DNA of 41,317 bases, from the sequence record MG252615.1. One strand, 5' to 3'. The notes beneath the pieces were generated by a model that searched no databases, had not been told where the DNA came from, and saw only the letters and a list, made by a program, of their open reading frames with translations. Source of the DNA: Escherichia phage vB_EcoS_HSE2. A program made the position numbers and the translations under genes. Below, piece after piece: positions 9,676-17,384 of this stretch. The stretch's first letter is position 1, and every line of letters begins with the position of its first letter.

Positions 9676-10928
9676 TCCAAATCCTCCTCTGTTACCCCTT
9701 TCCACTCAGGTCGTTTGTCGTCTGCTGCGGCGATTGTCGGTCGACCAGGATTACGGATAATGAATTCCGTCAGTTCTTCTTCTGGGATAACTTTCACGGC
9801 TGCTGTAGGGGTAATGATTGACTTAGCCATAACTTTATCTCCAAATTTAGCAATAACTGCCTCTGGGTCCGCCCAGGAGCGATTGCCACCCCGCCCTTCA
9901 ACCAGTTTGTACCCCGGCACTTTCTTACCGGAATGCAACGCAGTAGCCATAGCTTTTTCAACCTTGTCGATGTGCTGGCGCAACAACGGCAACTTCTCAT
10001 ACTCAGCTACTAGTTGCTCCGGCGTAAGCTCAAGTGCAAAGTCGTCCTCCAGTTCTTCCGCCAGCACAGAATTAACCGTCTTTGTACGCGCGGCGCATTG
10101 TTCTGAGAACCGACACCACTGACAACCATCGACCGACGGTTTGAAATCCGACGCTTTAAGGTTCTTCTTACCGCGGAAATAAGCATCAAGCGCTAACAGC
10201 GCGCGTTTCTGTGCGAACTTAGCGAACAGTTCCAGACCTTCAACCGAGATGTCCCACTCCGACGCACCGCCCGCGTATGGCTGGAAGATGACCAGACGAA
10301 CCACGGTGATGTTATAACGTCTCTTGAGTCGGCGATAAACACCAAGAGCGTAAAGCATGAGCTGCTTGTTTTCTTTCGCTTCGACACGATGCCGTCCAGT
10401 TTTCAGGTCGCCGATAATGAGCATGTGCTCGTCGGAGTTAGCCAGTTCCCGCACGGCAACAAGGTCAGCCGTTCCGAACGTCTCAACGCCTTCGTACCCT
10501 GGGTGCAATACCTCAGTAAGATTGACGCGCATTTCCAGCTTGGCGTATGTCGCTACATCGATAATCGCTTTGCAGTAGTCGGTGTACTTTCGCACCTGTT
10601 CAATCATGTCCGCCGTAATCAGTACCGCACCTTTCATCGGGCTGATAAGCGCCTTAATCTGGCCTTTACCCTCATCCAGCACGTAAGTACCGACTTCGCG
10701 CTCTAACGGCAACGCAGTTCCGCGAATATAAGCGTTGAGGTGGACCTCCGCTATTGTGTGGCACGCGGTCCCTGTAACGGCGGATTTACCAGACGTGTTG
10801 GGGATATCTTTTTCGCATGCCAGTGATGCAGCACAACTCAGCCACTTTTTAGCACCTGACGGCGACAGTAAGGCGTGCACGTCATTATTGCCGCCGCGTT
10901 CTTTTAAAATCATGCCCTGTTCTCCCAC
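9672..10928 (-). CDS. PD-(D/E)XK nuclease, Cas4/RecB-like, with 4-Cys cluster
   Basis: DLKTGRH...E.K...QLMLYALG nuclease motifs; N-terminal Cys plus C-terminal CQWCRFSEQC. Confidence 0.6.
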   Translation of the reverse strand: MGEQGMILKERGGNNDVHALLSPSGAKKWLSCAASLACEKDIPNTSGKSAVTGTACHTIAEVHLNAYIRGTALPLEREVGTYVLDEGKGQIKALISPMKGAVLITADMIEQVRKYTDYCKAIIDVATYAKLEMRVNLTEVLHPGYEGVETFGTADLVAVRELANSDEHMLIIGDLKTGRHRVEAKENKQLMLYALGVYRRLKRRYNITVVRLVIFQPYAGGASEWDISVEGLELFAKFAQKRALLALDAYFRGKKNLKASDFKPSVDGCQWCRFSEQCAARTKTVNSVLAEELEDDFALELTPEQLVAEYEKLPLLRQHIDKVEKAMATALHSGKKVPGYKLVEGRGGNRSWADPEAVIAKFGDKVMAKSIITPTAAVKVIPEEELTEFIIRNPGRPTIAAADDKRPEWKGVTEEDLE

Positions 10929-11182
10929 TGGTCAATTAGATGTCTGGTCTGGTGCTGGCAATGCATAGCCCAGCTATACATCGACTCGAAGACATAAAAG
11001 TCAGGTTTTGCGAAAGTCGTGCGCTTAATCTGCGACACGTGACGGCCTATATCTTTAGGCCGCGGTACTTTGCCTAAGTACGCCATCTCTTCCATCTGGT
11101 GCGCACCGGACGGCGCACGCAATAGCCATAGCGCCTCTGTGTTATCCCGCCTGTCTACGGCGCGATAGAGTTGGTAAATCAT
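10910..11182 (-). CDS. Hypothetical protein (90 aa)
   Basis: ORF in early operon. Confidence 0.4.
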   Translation of the reverse strand: MIYQLYRAVDRRDNTEALWLLRAPSGAHQMEEMAYLGKVPRPKDIGRHVSQIKRTTFAKPDFYVFESMYSWAMHCQHQTRHLIDQWENRA

Positions 11183-11225
11183 ATTTCCGACCCTCAGTTA
11201 AAGCGGCCCGAAGGCCGCCAGATAG

Positions 11226-11726
11226 TTATTCTTCTTCGAAATACTTGTTCTTGATCGCCGTCAGGCGTTCCAGGTACTCTGCCAGGTCTTCATCTTTAAT
11301 CGCGGCAATCTTCATCTTCTTACCGGTGAACTCTTCCAGCAGTTCGTCAGAATCGTCGCACGCGGCATCGCTTGGACCTTCGTTAATCGCATCGTCGATA
11401 GCCTGAATCTGGTCCCGAAGAGACTGGTAATCGACTTCTTCTTTCTCTTCTTCCGGCTCTGGCGTAGGCTCCTCTGCTTTAGCTTTACGCGGCTTGCGTT
11501 TAGGCTTCTCGTCTTCCGCCGGTTTAGTGTCGACGATGTTTTCACCTTCGACCGGGATTTCTTTTGTTGCTTCTTCGGTGCACTCGGCTACCGCTTCTTT
11601 GGCATACACTACCGTCTCTACTTCCAGCGGCGCGGCAACCTGAACAACCTGTTTCACACTGTTCGCAGCAATCAGTTCATGCGCAACTACGAAACGTTCC
11701 AGTAATTTCAGAAATTGTTCTAACAT
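11226..11726 (-). CDS. Highly acidic, low-complexity early protein (166 aa), first gene after the early promoter
   Basis: Glu/Asp-rich with PEPEEEKEE and C-terminal FEEE; promoter-proximal position. Confidence 0.5.
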   Translation of the reverse strand: MLEQFLKLLERFVVAHELIAANSVKQVVQVAAPLEVETVVYAKEAVAECTEEATKEIPVEGENIVDTKPAEDEKPKRKPRKAKAEEPTPEPEEEKEEVDYQSLRDQIQAIDDAINEGPSDAACDDSDELLEEFTGKKMKIAAIKDEDLAEYLERLTAIKNKYFEEE

Positions 11727-11757
11727 TTGTTTCTCTCCTCTCGTTTGGTATGGGCTA

Positions 11758-11786
11758 ACTATAATAGCGAACTATTCACATGTCAA
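11758..11786 (-). promoter_or_regulatory. Sigma70-type early promoter with palindromic operator in spacer
   Basis: TTGACA, 17-nt spacer, TATAGT; spacer has AATAGC-GA-ACTATT (11763..11776). Confidence 0.6.
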
Positions 11787-11790
11787 TGGG

Positions 11791-11819
11791 TTTTTCTAAA
11801 ATAATTAATATGGTACTAT
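11791..11819 (+). promoter_or_regulatory. Putative promoter of the XRE regulator gene with operator-like palindrome
   Basis: -10 TACTAT at 11814..11819, weak A/T-rich -35; AATATG-GT-ACTATT at 11807..11820; divergent from the early promoter. Confidence 0.4.
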
Positions 11820-11850
11820 TCGCATATCAACTAACTAAGGAGTAATTGAT

Positions 11851-12066
11851 ATGCAACCCTCTGAACTAGGCATCCGTGTAGAACAACGCCGCAAAGAACT
11901 CGGCATCTCCCAGCGCCGTCTGGCTGTCCTGACCGGCGTTTCCCAGGGCGCAATTAACCAGCTGGCACTTGGGGTAACTCAGGATGTCCGCCCGGCGACG
12001 CTGTTTAAACTGGCGGAAGTGCTGCAAGTAGACGCTAAGTGGCTGGCGTTGGGTGAAGGGGCTTAA
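11851..12066 (+). CDS. XRE-family helix-turn-helix transcriptional regulator (Cro-like, 71 aa)
   Basis: HTH signature ELGISQRRLAVLTGVSQGAINQL; AAGGAG Shine-Dalgarno; lone plus-strand gene inside minus-strand block. Confidence 0.75.
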   Translation: MQPSELGIRVEQRRKELGISQRRLAVLTGVSQGAINQLALGVTQDVRPATLFKLAEVLQVDAKWLALGEGA

Positions 12067-12081
12067 CGCCCCCTTTCTTTT
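12056..12081 (+). terminator. Intrinsic terminator overlapping the XRE stop codon
   Basis: Stem GGGGC/GCCCC with loop TTAAC, followed by TTTCTTTTT. Confidence 0.6.
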
Positions 12082-12084
12082 TAC

Positions 12085-14322
12085 CTATTCCAAATCCTCC
12101 TCTGTCACCACCAGCATTTCATTCGGTTCGTATATTGTCTTCGGCCTTAATCTATCCCCTATTCTTTCGGGTATACGATATGTTCTCGGTACTACTTCGC
12201 CGTTAGCATCGCAACCAAGCATTAGTTCTCCGTCTTTCAGCATTTTATCAAGATGGGTGTTAGTCACAGAAAAGTCACCGGAACGAGCCACTATCTGCTG
12301 CTGAGTAAAACCGCGACCTGTATCATCCGACTGTTGCAGGTCTTCCAGTGCCGAAAGTATTGACTCCTTCCTTACTTCATCCCTGCCGCGTTTAACTTCT
12401 TCCTTTACTTTTTCTTTACCTTTATCAGATAGCCCTTCTTCCCGCTCTTTCTCCTCGTCGGTCTTGAACGGTTCGAAACCCCACGGCATCAGCACAAGTG
12501 CCTTATGCGGCTCAGGAAGGTCCAGGTTTACGATTGTACCGTATTCCTCCGTGCTGCCCAGGAACTCAACCGCGCGGTATTCTTTCGGCGGCGGGGCTTC
12601 ACGGAACTGTACAGACTCAAGCACCATGCCGACGGTTTTCTGTTGAGGCCCGTGCTTAAATTTCGAGTGGTATACGTTTATCTGGCGGTCGGTAGCGCGT
12701 TCGATTGTCAGCTCGACGTCGACACCTGCATACAGTGCCCCGCTGCCACGGGCTTTCTTTCCACCCTTCGGCGTATGGTGGACAACGCCCACCGCGGCTT
12801 TAGTCGCATCACGTACTTCTTTCAGGATGGCGATAACTTTACCCATACCGATTGCCGTGGACGAACTGTTCTCGTCGAACTTATCAATCGTCAGGGCTAG
12901 CGTCTGGTTAAGGGTATCAAACGCGACCACCCCAATTGGCTCATCGCCAGCAGTTTCACGCATTAACTTAATCAGGCTTTTCAGTTTTCCGACTTCGCCC
13001 ATATCGATAACATGTACATAATCTTTACCTTCCTCGCCATATTTAGCCGCTAGCGCATCAATACGTGTACGTGTAGCTGCACCGCCTTCGCCATCGATAT
13101 AGAAATGGTGGCAACGCTGGGTATCCGCCCCTGCAAACCGGTATCCGGCGGCGCTCAGGTACATCATCCCCAGCGTATAGAATGATTTGTACGTACCAGA
13201 TTCACCGACAATATCCCATATGCAATCTGACGGCATGTAACCTTCTACTACGAAATCAGCCTTTACCGGTTCCGGTAGCTCGTCCTCTTCTGAGCCCTCG
13301 TCTTCCAGGTCGTCGAGGCTGCATGAAACAGATTCACGCGCACCCCATCCGATAGCCTCGGCGACTTCACTGAACGGCAGTCCGGTCGCATCACACGCGT
13401 ATTTCCACACTTCTTTCGGGGGCATTCCTTCGGTCGCGGCAATGTCGGTGTCGTGAATCATGGTTACGTTCGGCGCTTCGTATCCCTCGCGCGGGAAACA
13501 TAACAGGAAGTCGTCCGGGCGTGGTGTCGGGTCGCTGTAGTTTTCTGCGTGTTCTGGCGTAGCTGGCATCTTAAGGCCACGCGGCGTCATGATGCCGCCG
13601 TACTCGAATGCCAGTGCTTCAAACGCATCTGTAAACGCGGTGCGCAGTTCTTCCGGTATCTGGTAATCAGATGCGCTGCTGATGTCAACGGCTGGGACGC
13701 CTTCCAGTAACTCATCAGGGTCAATCAGGTCGTTGCGGCGCGACCAGATAACGGTAGCGCCGACAGGAGGCAAGTACATCGGCTGCGAAAGAGTGAACCC
13801 GCTGCGGTCGGCACCCATGCCTTTGAAGAAGTGCTCCAGTAATCCATGGCGAACACGGATGATGTTGCCGCCTTCGACCGGGCGGGCCAGCGGCATGACG
13901 ACGCGAAAGCGCGGGGCTTCGTCTGTGTGTGATGCCGTGGTATAGAGGCACATCGCCCGCCGGCTGCGCTTAACCAGGCGCACAGCTTCCTGATACTCTT
14001 CCAGGGTTGCACTGTCAAAGTCCAGGTACGCCAGCGACGATTTGCTTACAGACGCGTCGCAGCGATAGAAAAAGCCTTTACGCGCTTGCTTAAAGTCACC
14101 TGTTTCCGGGTCTTTTACGGTGCTGTGCGTAGAGTCGCACGCAGCGGTGATGTAACCAGGTGCGGTCTTCGGGTTAATTCCGTCACGGACAGCATCAAGC
14201 GGCTGGATTAAATCTTTCAGGTCGTCCAGCGTTGCCGTGTGTGTGGTTCTGACGTTTATATCCTTTTTCTCGGCCCGCGCGTTGCGACGAGACCACGAGT
14301 AGGATAAAATTACATCGGACAT
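12085..14322 (-). CDS. Primase-helicase (N-terminal primase-like region, C-terminal RecA-like ATPase)
   Basis: 745 aa; Walker A-like GESGTYKS and RecA/DnaB-like core in C-terminal half; replication-module position. Confidence 0.65.
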   Translation of the reverse strand: MSDVILSYSWSRRNARAEKKDINVRTTHTATLDDLKDLIQPLDAVRDGINPKTAPGYITAACDSTHSTVKDPETGDFKQARKGFFYRCDASVSKSSLAYLDFDSATLEEYQEAVRLVKRSRRAMCLYTTASHTDEAPRFRVVMPLARPVEGGNIIRVRHGLLEHFFKGMGADRSGFTLSQPMYLPPVGATVIWSRRNDLIDPDELLEGVPAVDISSASDYQIPEELRTAFTDAFEALAFEYGGIMTPRGLKMPATPEHAENYSDPTPRPDDFLLCFPREGYEAPNVTMIHDTDIAATEGMPPKEVWKYACDATGLPFSEVAEAIGWGARESVSCSLDDLEDEGSEEDELPEPVKADFVVEGYMPSDCIWDIVGESGTYKSFYTLGMMYLSAAGYRFAGADTQRCHHFYIDGEGGAATRTRIDALAAKYGEEGKDYVHVIDMGEVGKLKSLIKLMRETAGDEPIGVVAFDTLNQTLALTIDKFDENSSSTAIGMGKVIAILKEVRDATKAAVGVVHHTPKGGKKARGSGALYAGVDVELTIERATDRQINVYHSKFKHGPQQKTVGMVLESVQFREAPPPKEYRAVEFLGSTEEYGTIVNLDLPEPHKALVLMPWGFEPFKTDEEKEREEGLSDKGKEKVKEEVKRGRDEVRKESILSALEDLQQSDDTGRGFTQQQIVARSGDFSVTNTHLDKMLKDGELMLGCDANGEVVPRTYRIPERIGDRLRPKTIYEPNEMLVVTEEDLE

Positions 14323-14380
14323 GTTGTATTTCCTTCAGCAAGTAATTTGGCCTCGGCGTTCACCGCGTCGGGGCTTTCTT

Positions 14381-14614
14381 TTATTCCAGGTCTTCTAAAG
14401 TGGCTGCCATTCCGCGAACTTCTGCAACGGCGCTATATTTCCCGCCAACGTTTTTCACGACACCGGATTTAACCAGCACCTTTAACGACCCCTCAATAAT
14501 GGCGGAACTATAGTACTTAAAATAACTACGACGCAAGTCGATAACGCTGCACGACCCTTTTTTACGCGTCAACGAAACGACCGCCGTAAATACGCGTAAC
14601 TGGAACTCGGTCAT
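14381..14614 (-). CDS. Small winged-helix-like protein (77 aa) ending in TLEDLE
   Basis: ORF between HTH gene and primase; C-terminal motif shared with two other replication proteins. Confidence 0.45.
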   Translation of the reverse strand: MTEFQLRVFTAVVSLTRKKGSCSVIDLRRSYFKYYSSAIIEGSLKVLVKSGVVKNVGGKYSAVAEVRGMAATLEDLE

Positions 14615-14781
14615 TTTACATTCTCCTTAATCCACGCCTCTACTTTCTCCGGGTCAAATGTACCTGGCTGCCGGCGCCCCATAATGCGGATACAACAATC
14701 CGGGAACTTACCGCTCTTTAACCAGTTATTCAGCGTGCGACGAGTAACCCCGATACGCTCTGCTACCTCGTTCTGTGTCAT
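14611..14781 (-). CDS. Small HTH DNA-binding protein (AlpA/excisionase-like fold), first gene of the primase operon
   Basis: MTQNEVAERIGVTRRTLNNWLKSGKFP; GAGG Shine-Dalgarno 8 nt before ATG at 14781. Confidence 0.55.
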   Translation of the reverse strand: MTQNEVAERIGVTRRTLNNWLKSGKFPDCCIRIMGRRQPGTFDPEKVEAWIKENVK

Positions 14782-14813
14782 TCTCAAACCCTCATTATCA
14801 GTTAACGAAACCA

Positions 14814-14842
14814 AGTATACATTGCGAATAATGGGAAATCAA
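14814..14842 (-). promoter_or_regulatory. Sigma70-type promoter for the primase operon
   Basis: Minus strand TTGATT, 17 nt, TATACT. Confidence 0.5.
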
Positions 14843-14857
14843 ACATAATTGCACCTA

Positions 14858-14886
14858 TTGACATTATGAAAATCTTCGTTTAAGAT
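14858..14886 (+). promoter_or_regulatory. Sigma70-type promoter pointing into the noncoding region
   Basis: TTGACA, 17 nt, TAAGAT; divergent from the 14814..14842 promoter. Confidence 0.45.
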
Positions 14887-15129
14887 GCTTCTATATCTTA
14901 GTTACTTTGATTCCTGTTCACCTTGTAAGAATGTTTAACCCGTGCGTCAAGCAAAGGGTTAAACACAGGCTTACTGAACATGAGAATTATCGTAACTTTC
15001 CTTCCTAAGTATCTCCGGTTGCCCTGGGCAAGCTCTATTCTCATCGGCGGCATATCTCTTAAGTATCTGATTTTCTTAATGTGCCGTAGATTCGCAACCG
15101 TAAAAATGTAACGATTATTGGGCAGGCTT

Positions 15130-15153
15130 AAGGCCTGCCCTTTAGTTACCAAG
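15130..15153 (+). terminator. Hairpin terminator-like element in noncoding region
   Basis: Stem GGGCAGGC/GCCTGCCC, loop TTAAG, then TTTAGTT. Confidence 0.4.
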
Positions 15154-15222
15154 TAATAAGAATAAAGGCACAACACTACCTGAAGAATCACAACGGCAAC
15201 GTAACCATTTTCAATGAATCTC

Positions 15223-15251
15223 TTGCACACCCCAACATAATAGGTTACTAT
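15223..15251 (+). promoter_or_regulatory. Middle-class promoter (conserved 30-nt family) with operator palindrome
   Basis: TTGCAC-ACCCCAACATAATAGGT-TACTAT; palindrome AATAGG-TT-ACTATT (15239..15252). Confidence 0.6.
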
Positions 15252-15370
15252 TCACTTATCGAGGCGAGGCAGGGAGCCAACCTTTAATAAGGTCAGTAGC
15301 GGCGACGAGCATACGAAGAGTCGATAAGCCCGGTAAGCAGAACCTAAATTAACTAAGAGAGAAAAGCTGG

Positions 15371-15688
15371 ATGAAAAAGTTAATCGCAGCAGTAGCAATT
15401 TTATTTTCAGTAAACGCAACGGCAGTGGATATGGATGCATGTGAAGCATTCGCGGATATTACTAAATGGGTTGGAGTGCAGCGTGATATGGGGATTAGTC
15501 AGTCTACTATTTATATGGAACTGCTGGATATTACCTCGAAGAAGAACACAAGCAAAGAAGTTAAAAAACTTCTTAATACAACCGCTTTTAGCGCGACAAA
15601 AATAGCATTTGCGTTGAGCGATAAGTCGCCAGGGGAACTTTATACATGGACATACAACGAATGTGTAAAACACAACGGCAGCGAATAA
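15371..15688 (+). CDS. Secreted/periplasmic protein with signal peptide (105 aa)
   Basis: N-terminal MKKLIAAVAILFSVNATA signal-like sequence; first gene after the middle promoter. Confidence 0.5.
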   Translation: MKKLIAAVAILFSVNATAVDMDACEAFADITKWVGVQRDMGISQSTIYMELLDITSKKNTSKEVKKLLNTTAFSATKIAFALSDKSPGELYTWTYNECVKHNGSE

Positions 15689-15727
15689 TGATGCTCGTGC
15701 CGACGACTCTGAGGGAGGTTGCCGTGA

Positions 15728-15919
15728 ATGAGAATTCGAATAACTGATGTCGATTATATGCGCCTGCGCGATGGCGACTATTTGTCGCTTAGTTACTGGG
15801 GCGTTGCCGTAGGGGATGAATTTAATGTCACCCGCGCCTATCCAGATATGTTCATTATCAAATGCAACGCTGGGTATGTAGTTGTGTACCCAAGTGAATG
15901 CGAAGTTCTGGAGGACTAA
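15728..15919 (+). CDS. Hypothetical protein (63 aa)
   Basis: ORF with GGGAGG upstream. Confidence 0.4.
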   Translation: MRIRITDVDYMRLRDGDYLSLSYWGVAVGDEFNVTRAYPDMFIIKCNAGYVVVYPSECEVLED

Positions 15920-15922
15920 GTT

Positions 15923-16066
15923 ATGAGAGAAGCATTCGAACGGTGGGCTGTCGTCGAGGGTCTGCCGGTTAACAAAGGTTCAAAGAAAGAGTACCTGAAC
16001 GTTAAGACGCGTCTGGCGTGGCGGGCGTGGAAAGCTGGTGTGCAAGCTGTGATGAATACGAGGTGA
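15923..16066 (+). CDS. Hypothetical protein (47 aa)
   Basis: Hand-translated ORF in the same operon. Confidence 0.3.
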   Translation: MREAFERWAVVEGLPVNKGSKKEYLNVKTRLAWRAWKAGVQAVMNTR

Positions 16067-16069
16067 TTT

Positions 16070-16270
16070 ATGAGTAAGTGGATTAAGTGTAGTGAGCGGA
16101 TGCCCGCTCCTTTCTCTCATGTACTTGTGACTGATGGGGGAGAGGTTGAGATTAAATGGTTCGATGATGATTCGGATGAGTGGGATAGTTGGGATGAATT
16201 CAACTCTGTCATAGACAACGAGGATATAACGCACTGGAGGAAATTGCCTAAACCGCCGAAACTGGTGTAA
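16070..16270 (+). CDS. Hypothetical protein, possibly DUF551-like (66 aa)
   Basis: Acidic Trp-rich C-terminal region with THWRKLP. Confidence 0.4.
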   Translation: MSKWIKCSERMPAPFSHVLVTDGGEVEIKWFDDDSDEWDSWDEFNSVIDNEDITHWRKLPKPPKLV

Positions 16271-16405
16271 CAGGTCAATAGGTTACTATTTGACTGAGTG
16301 ACTTACGCTGCTACACAGCAGCGTACAACTTTAGATTAGTGTCGTCAAAAAGCGACACTTTCACCGAACGCAACAATAGAAGCGATTATTGCAGGAGATG
16401 CAACA

Positions 16406-16576
16406 ATGAAACTGAATGACATCGTGACCTGGGCCGGTAGAAACGGAGAAAAGCGATTCGGGCTTATTGTTGCGTCAGACGGCAACAAGTACCGTGTTAT
16501 GCGATGGCGTCAGTGGGCGCGACGCCCGAGGTACTACTGGATTCGCAGTGAACGATTATCTTTAAAACACCAATAA
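16406..16576 (+). CDS. Hypothetical basic protein (56 aa)
   Basis: Hand-translated ORF preceded by GGAGA. Confidence 0.35.
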   Translation: MKLNDIVTWAGRNGEKRFGLIVASDGNKYRVMRWRQWARRPRYYWIRSERLSLKHQ

Positions 16577-16583
16577 AATTTAC

Positions 16584-16612
16584 TTGCACACTAAGATAGA
16601 ATAGGCTACTAT
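16584..16612 (+). promoter_or_regulatory. Middle-class promoter with operator palindrome
   Basis: TTGCAC, 17-nt spacer, TACTAT; AATAGG-CT-ACTATT (16600..16613). Confidence 0.6.
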
Positions 16613-16643
16613 TCATTTACACAAACGAGAAGAGAGACAGAAG

Positions 16644-16811
16644 ATGAAAGCAGTAACTAAAGATGAGTTTTTCAGCACAGTAGAAGGTCTTATGTATCAC
16701 ATGGTTATTAATGCGGGTACGCCAGAGTCTATCTACATAGATAGCGGTAATAATCTTGTCGCTAAAGCAACATGGGGTTACCCGGAAACTTTGTATGAGG
16801 TTGCGCAATGA
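16644..16811 (+). CDS. Hypothetical protein (55 aa)
   Basis: Hand-translated ORF; ATGA overlap to next gene. Confidence 0.35.
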   Translation: MKAVTKDEFFSTVEGLMYHMVINAGTPESIYIDSGNNLVAKATWGYPETLYEVAQ

Positions 16812-17035
16812 CCCCCGCAAAAGCACGTGCGCTGTTACGCCGCAAGGGGATTCTCGATGAGGTGGACATCCTTGTAGAGAGATACGGCATCCACATGATA
16901 GGTCGCCAGTCGAAAGGTGATATGCGTTGGATGGCGGGTATCCCTGGTACGCCAGGCGTGTCATACGGCGACACATTAACCCATGCGGTCCATACTTACA
17001 TTATTGAGTCGGTGTTAGGAGAAACCAATGAGTAA
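16808..17035 (+). CDS. Hypothetical protein (75 aa)
   Basis: ORF track. Confidence 0.4.
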   Translation: MTPAKARALLRRKGILDEVDILVERYGIHMIGRQSKGDMRWMAGIPGTPGVSYGDTLTHAVHTYIIESVLGETNE

Positions 17036-17384
17036 CAAAAACGAAGTATTCAAGTACCTGATTGACCGGCTACGGCAGCAGGTAATTAACAACCCATACA
17101 AACAACAGTGTGAAGACCTGGCGCATGAGGTGCAGTCACTTAAGAATCAGTTACGTGATGCTTCGGTGCAGATTAAGGAGCTACATCTGGCGCTGGTTAA
17201 GGCTGCCGGTGATGTAGAGGCTTACAAACTTATCCGCAAGGGTGGGTACGTCAATGGCGGTCGGCGATATGTAGTAGGTGAGCACGGGCTGGAGCAATCC
17301 GGTTGCCAAATAGGTGAGCATGATTGGGTGTTAGACGCCGACGAGGATTATTTTGTGTGCCGCAGATGTGGGGAAACGACATGA
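17028..17384 (+). CDS. Hypothetical coiled-coil protein with C-terminal CxxC zinc ribbon (118 aa)
   Basis: Heptad-like region and CRRCGE. Confidence 0.4.
   Translation: MSNKNEVFKYLIDRLRQQVINNPYKQQCEDLAHEVQSLKNQLRDASVQIKELHLALVKAAGDVEAYKLIRKGGYVNGGRRYVVGEHGLEQSGCQIGEHDWVLDADEDYFVCRRCGETT

Noticed and set aside
11851-12066. Lysogeny/immunity module (CI repressor plus integrase)
   Set aside because: Only one short Cro-sized HTH protein is present; no integrase, excisionase-recombinase pair or attP-like site found, so the phage is treated as virulent
14898-15230. 110-aa minus-strand ORF in the ORF track
   Set aside because: Lies across promoters and hairpins of the noncoding control region, has no ribosome-binding site and odd composition; likely spurious
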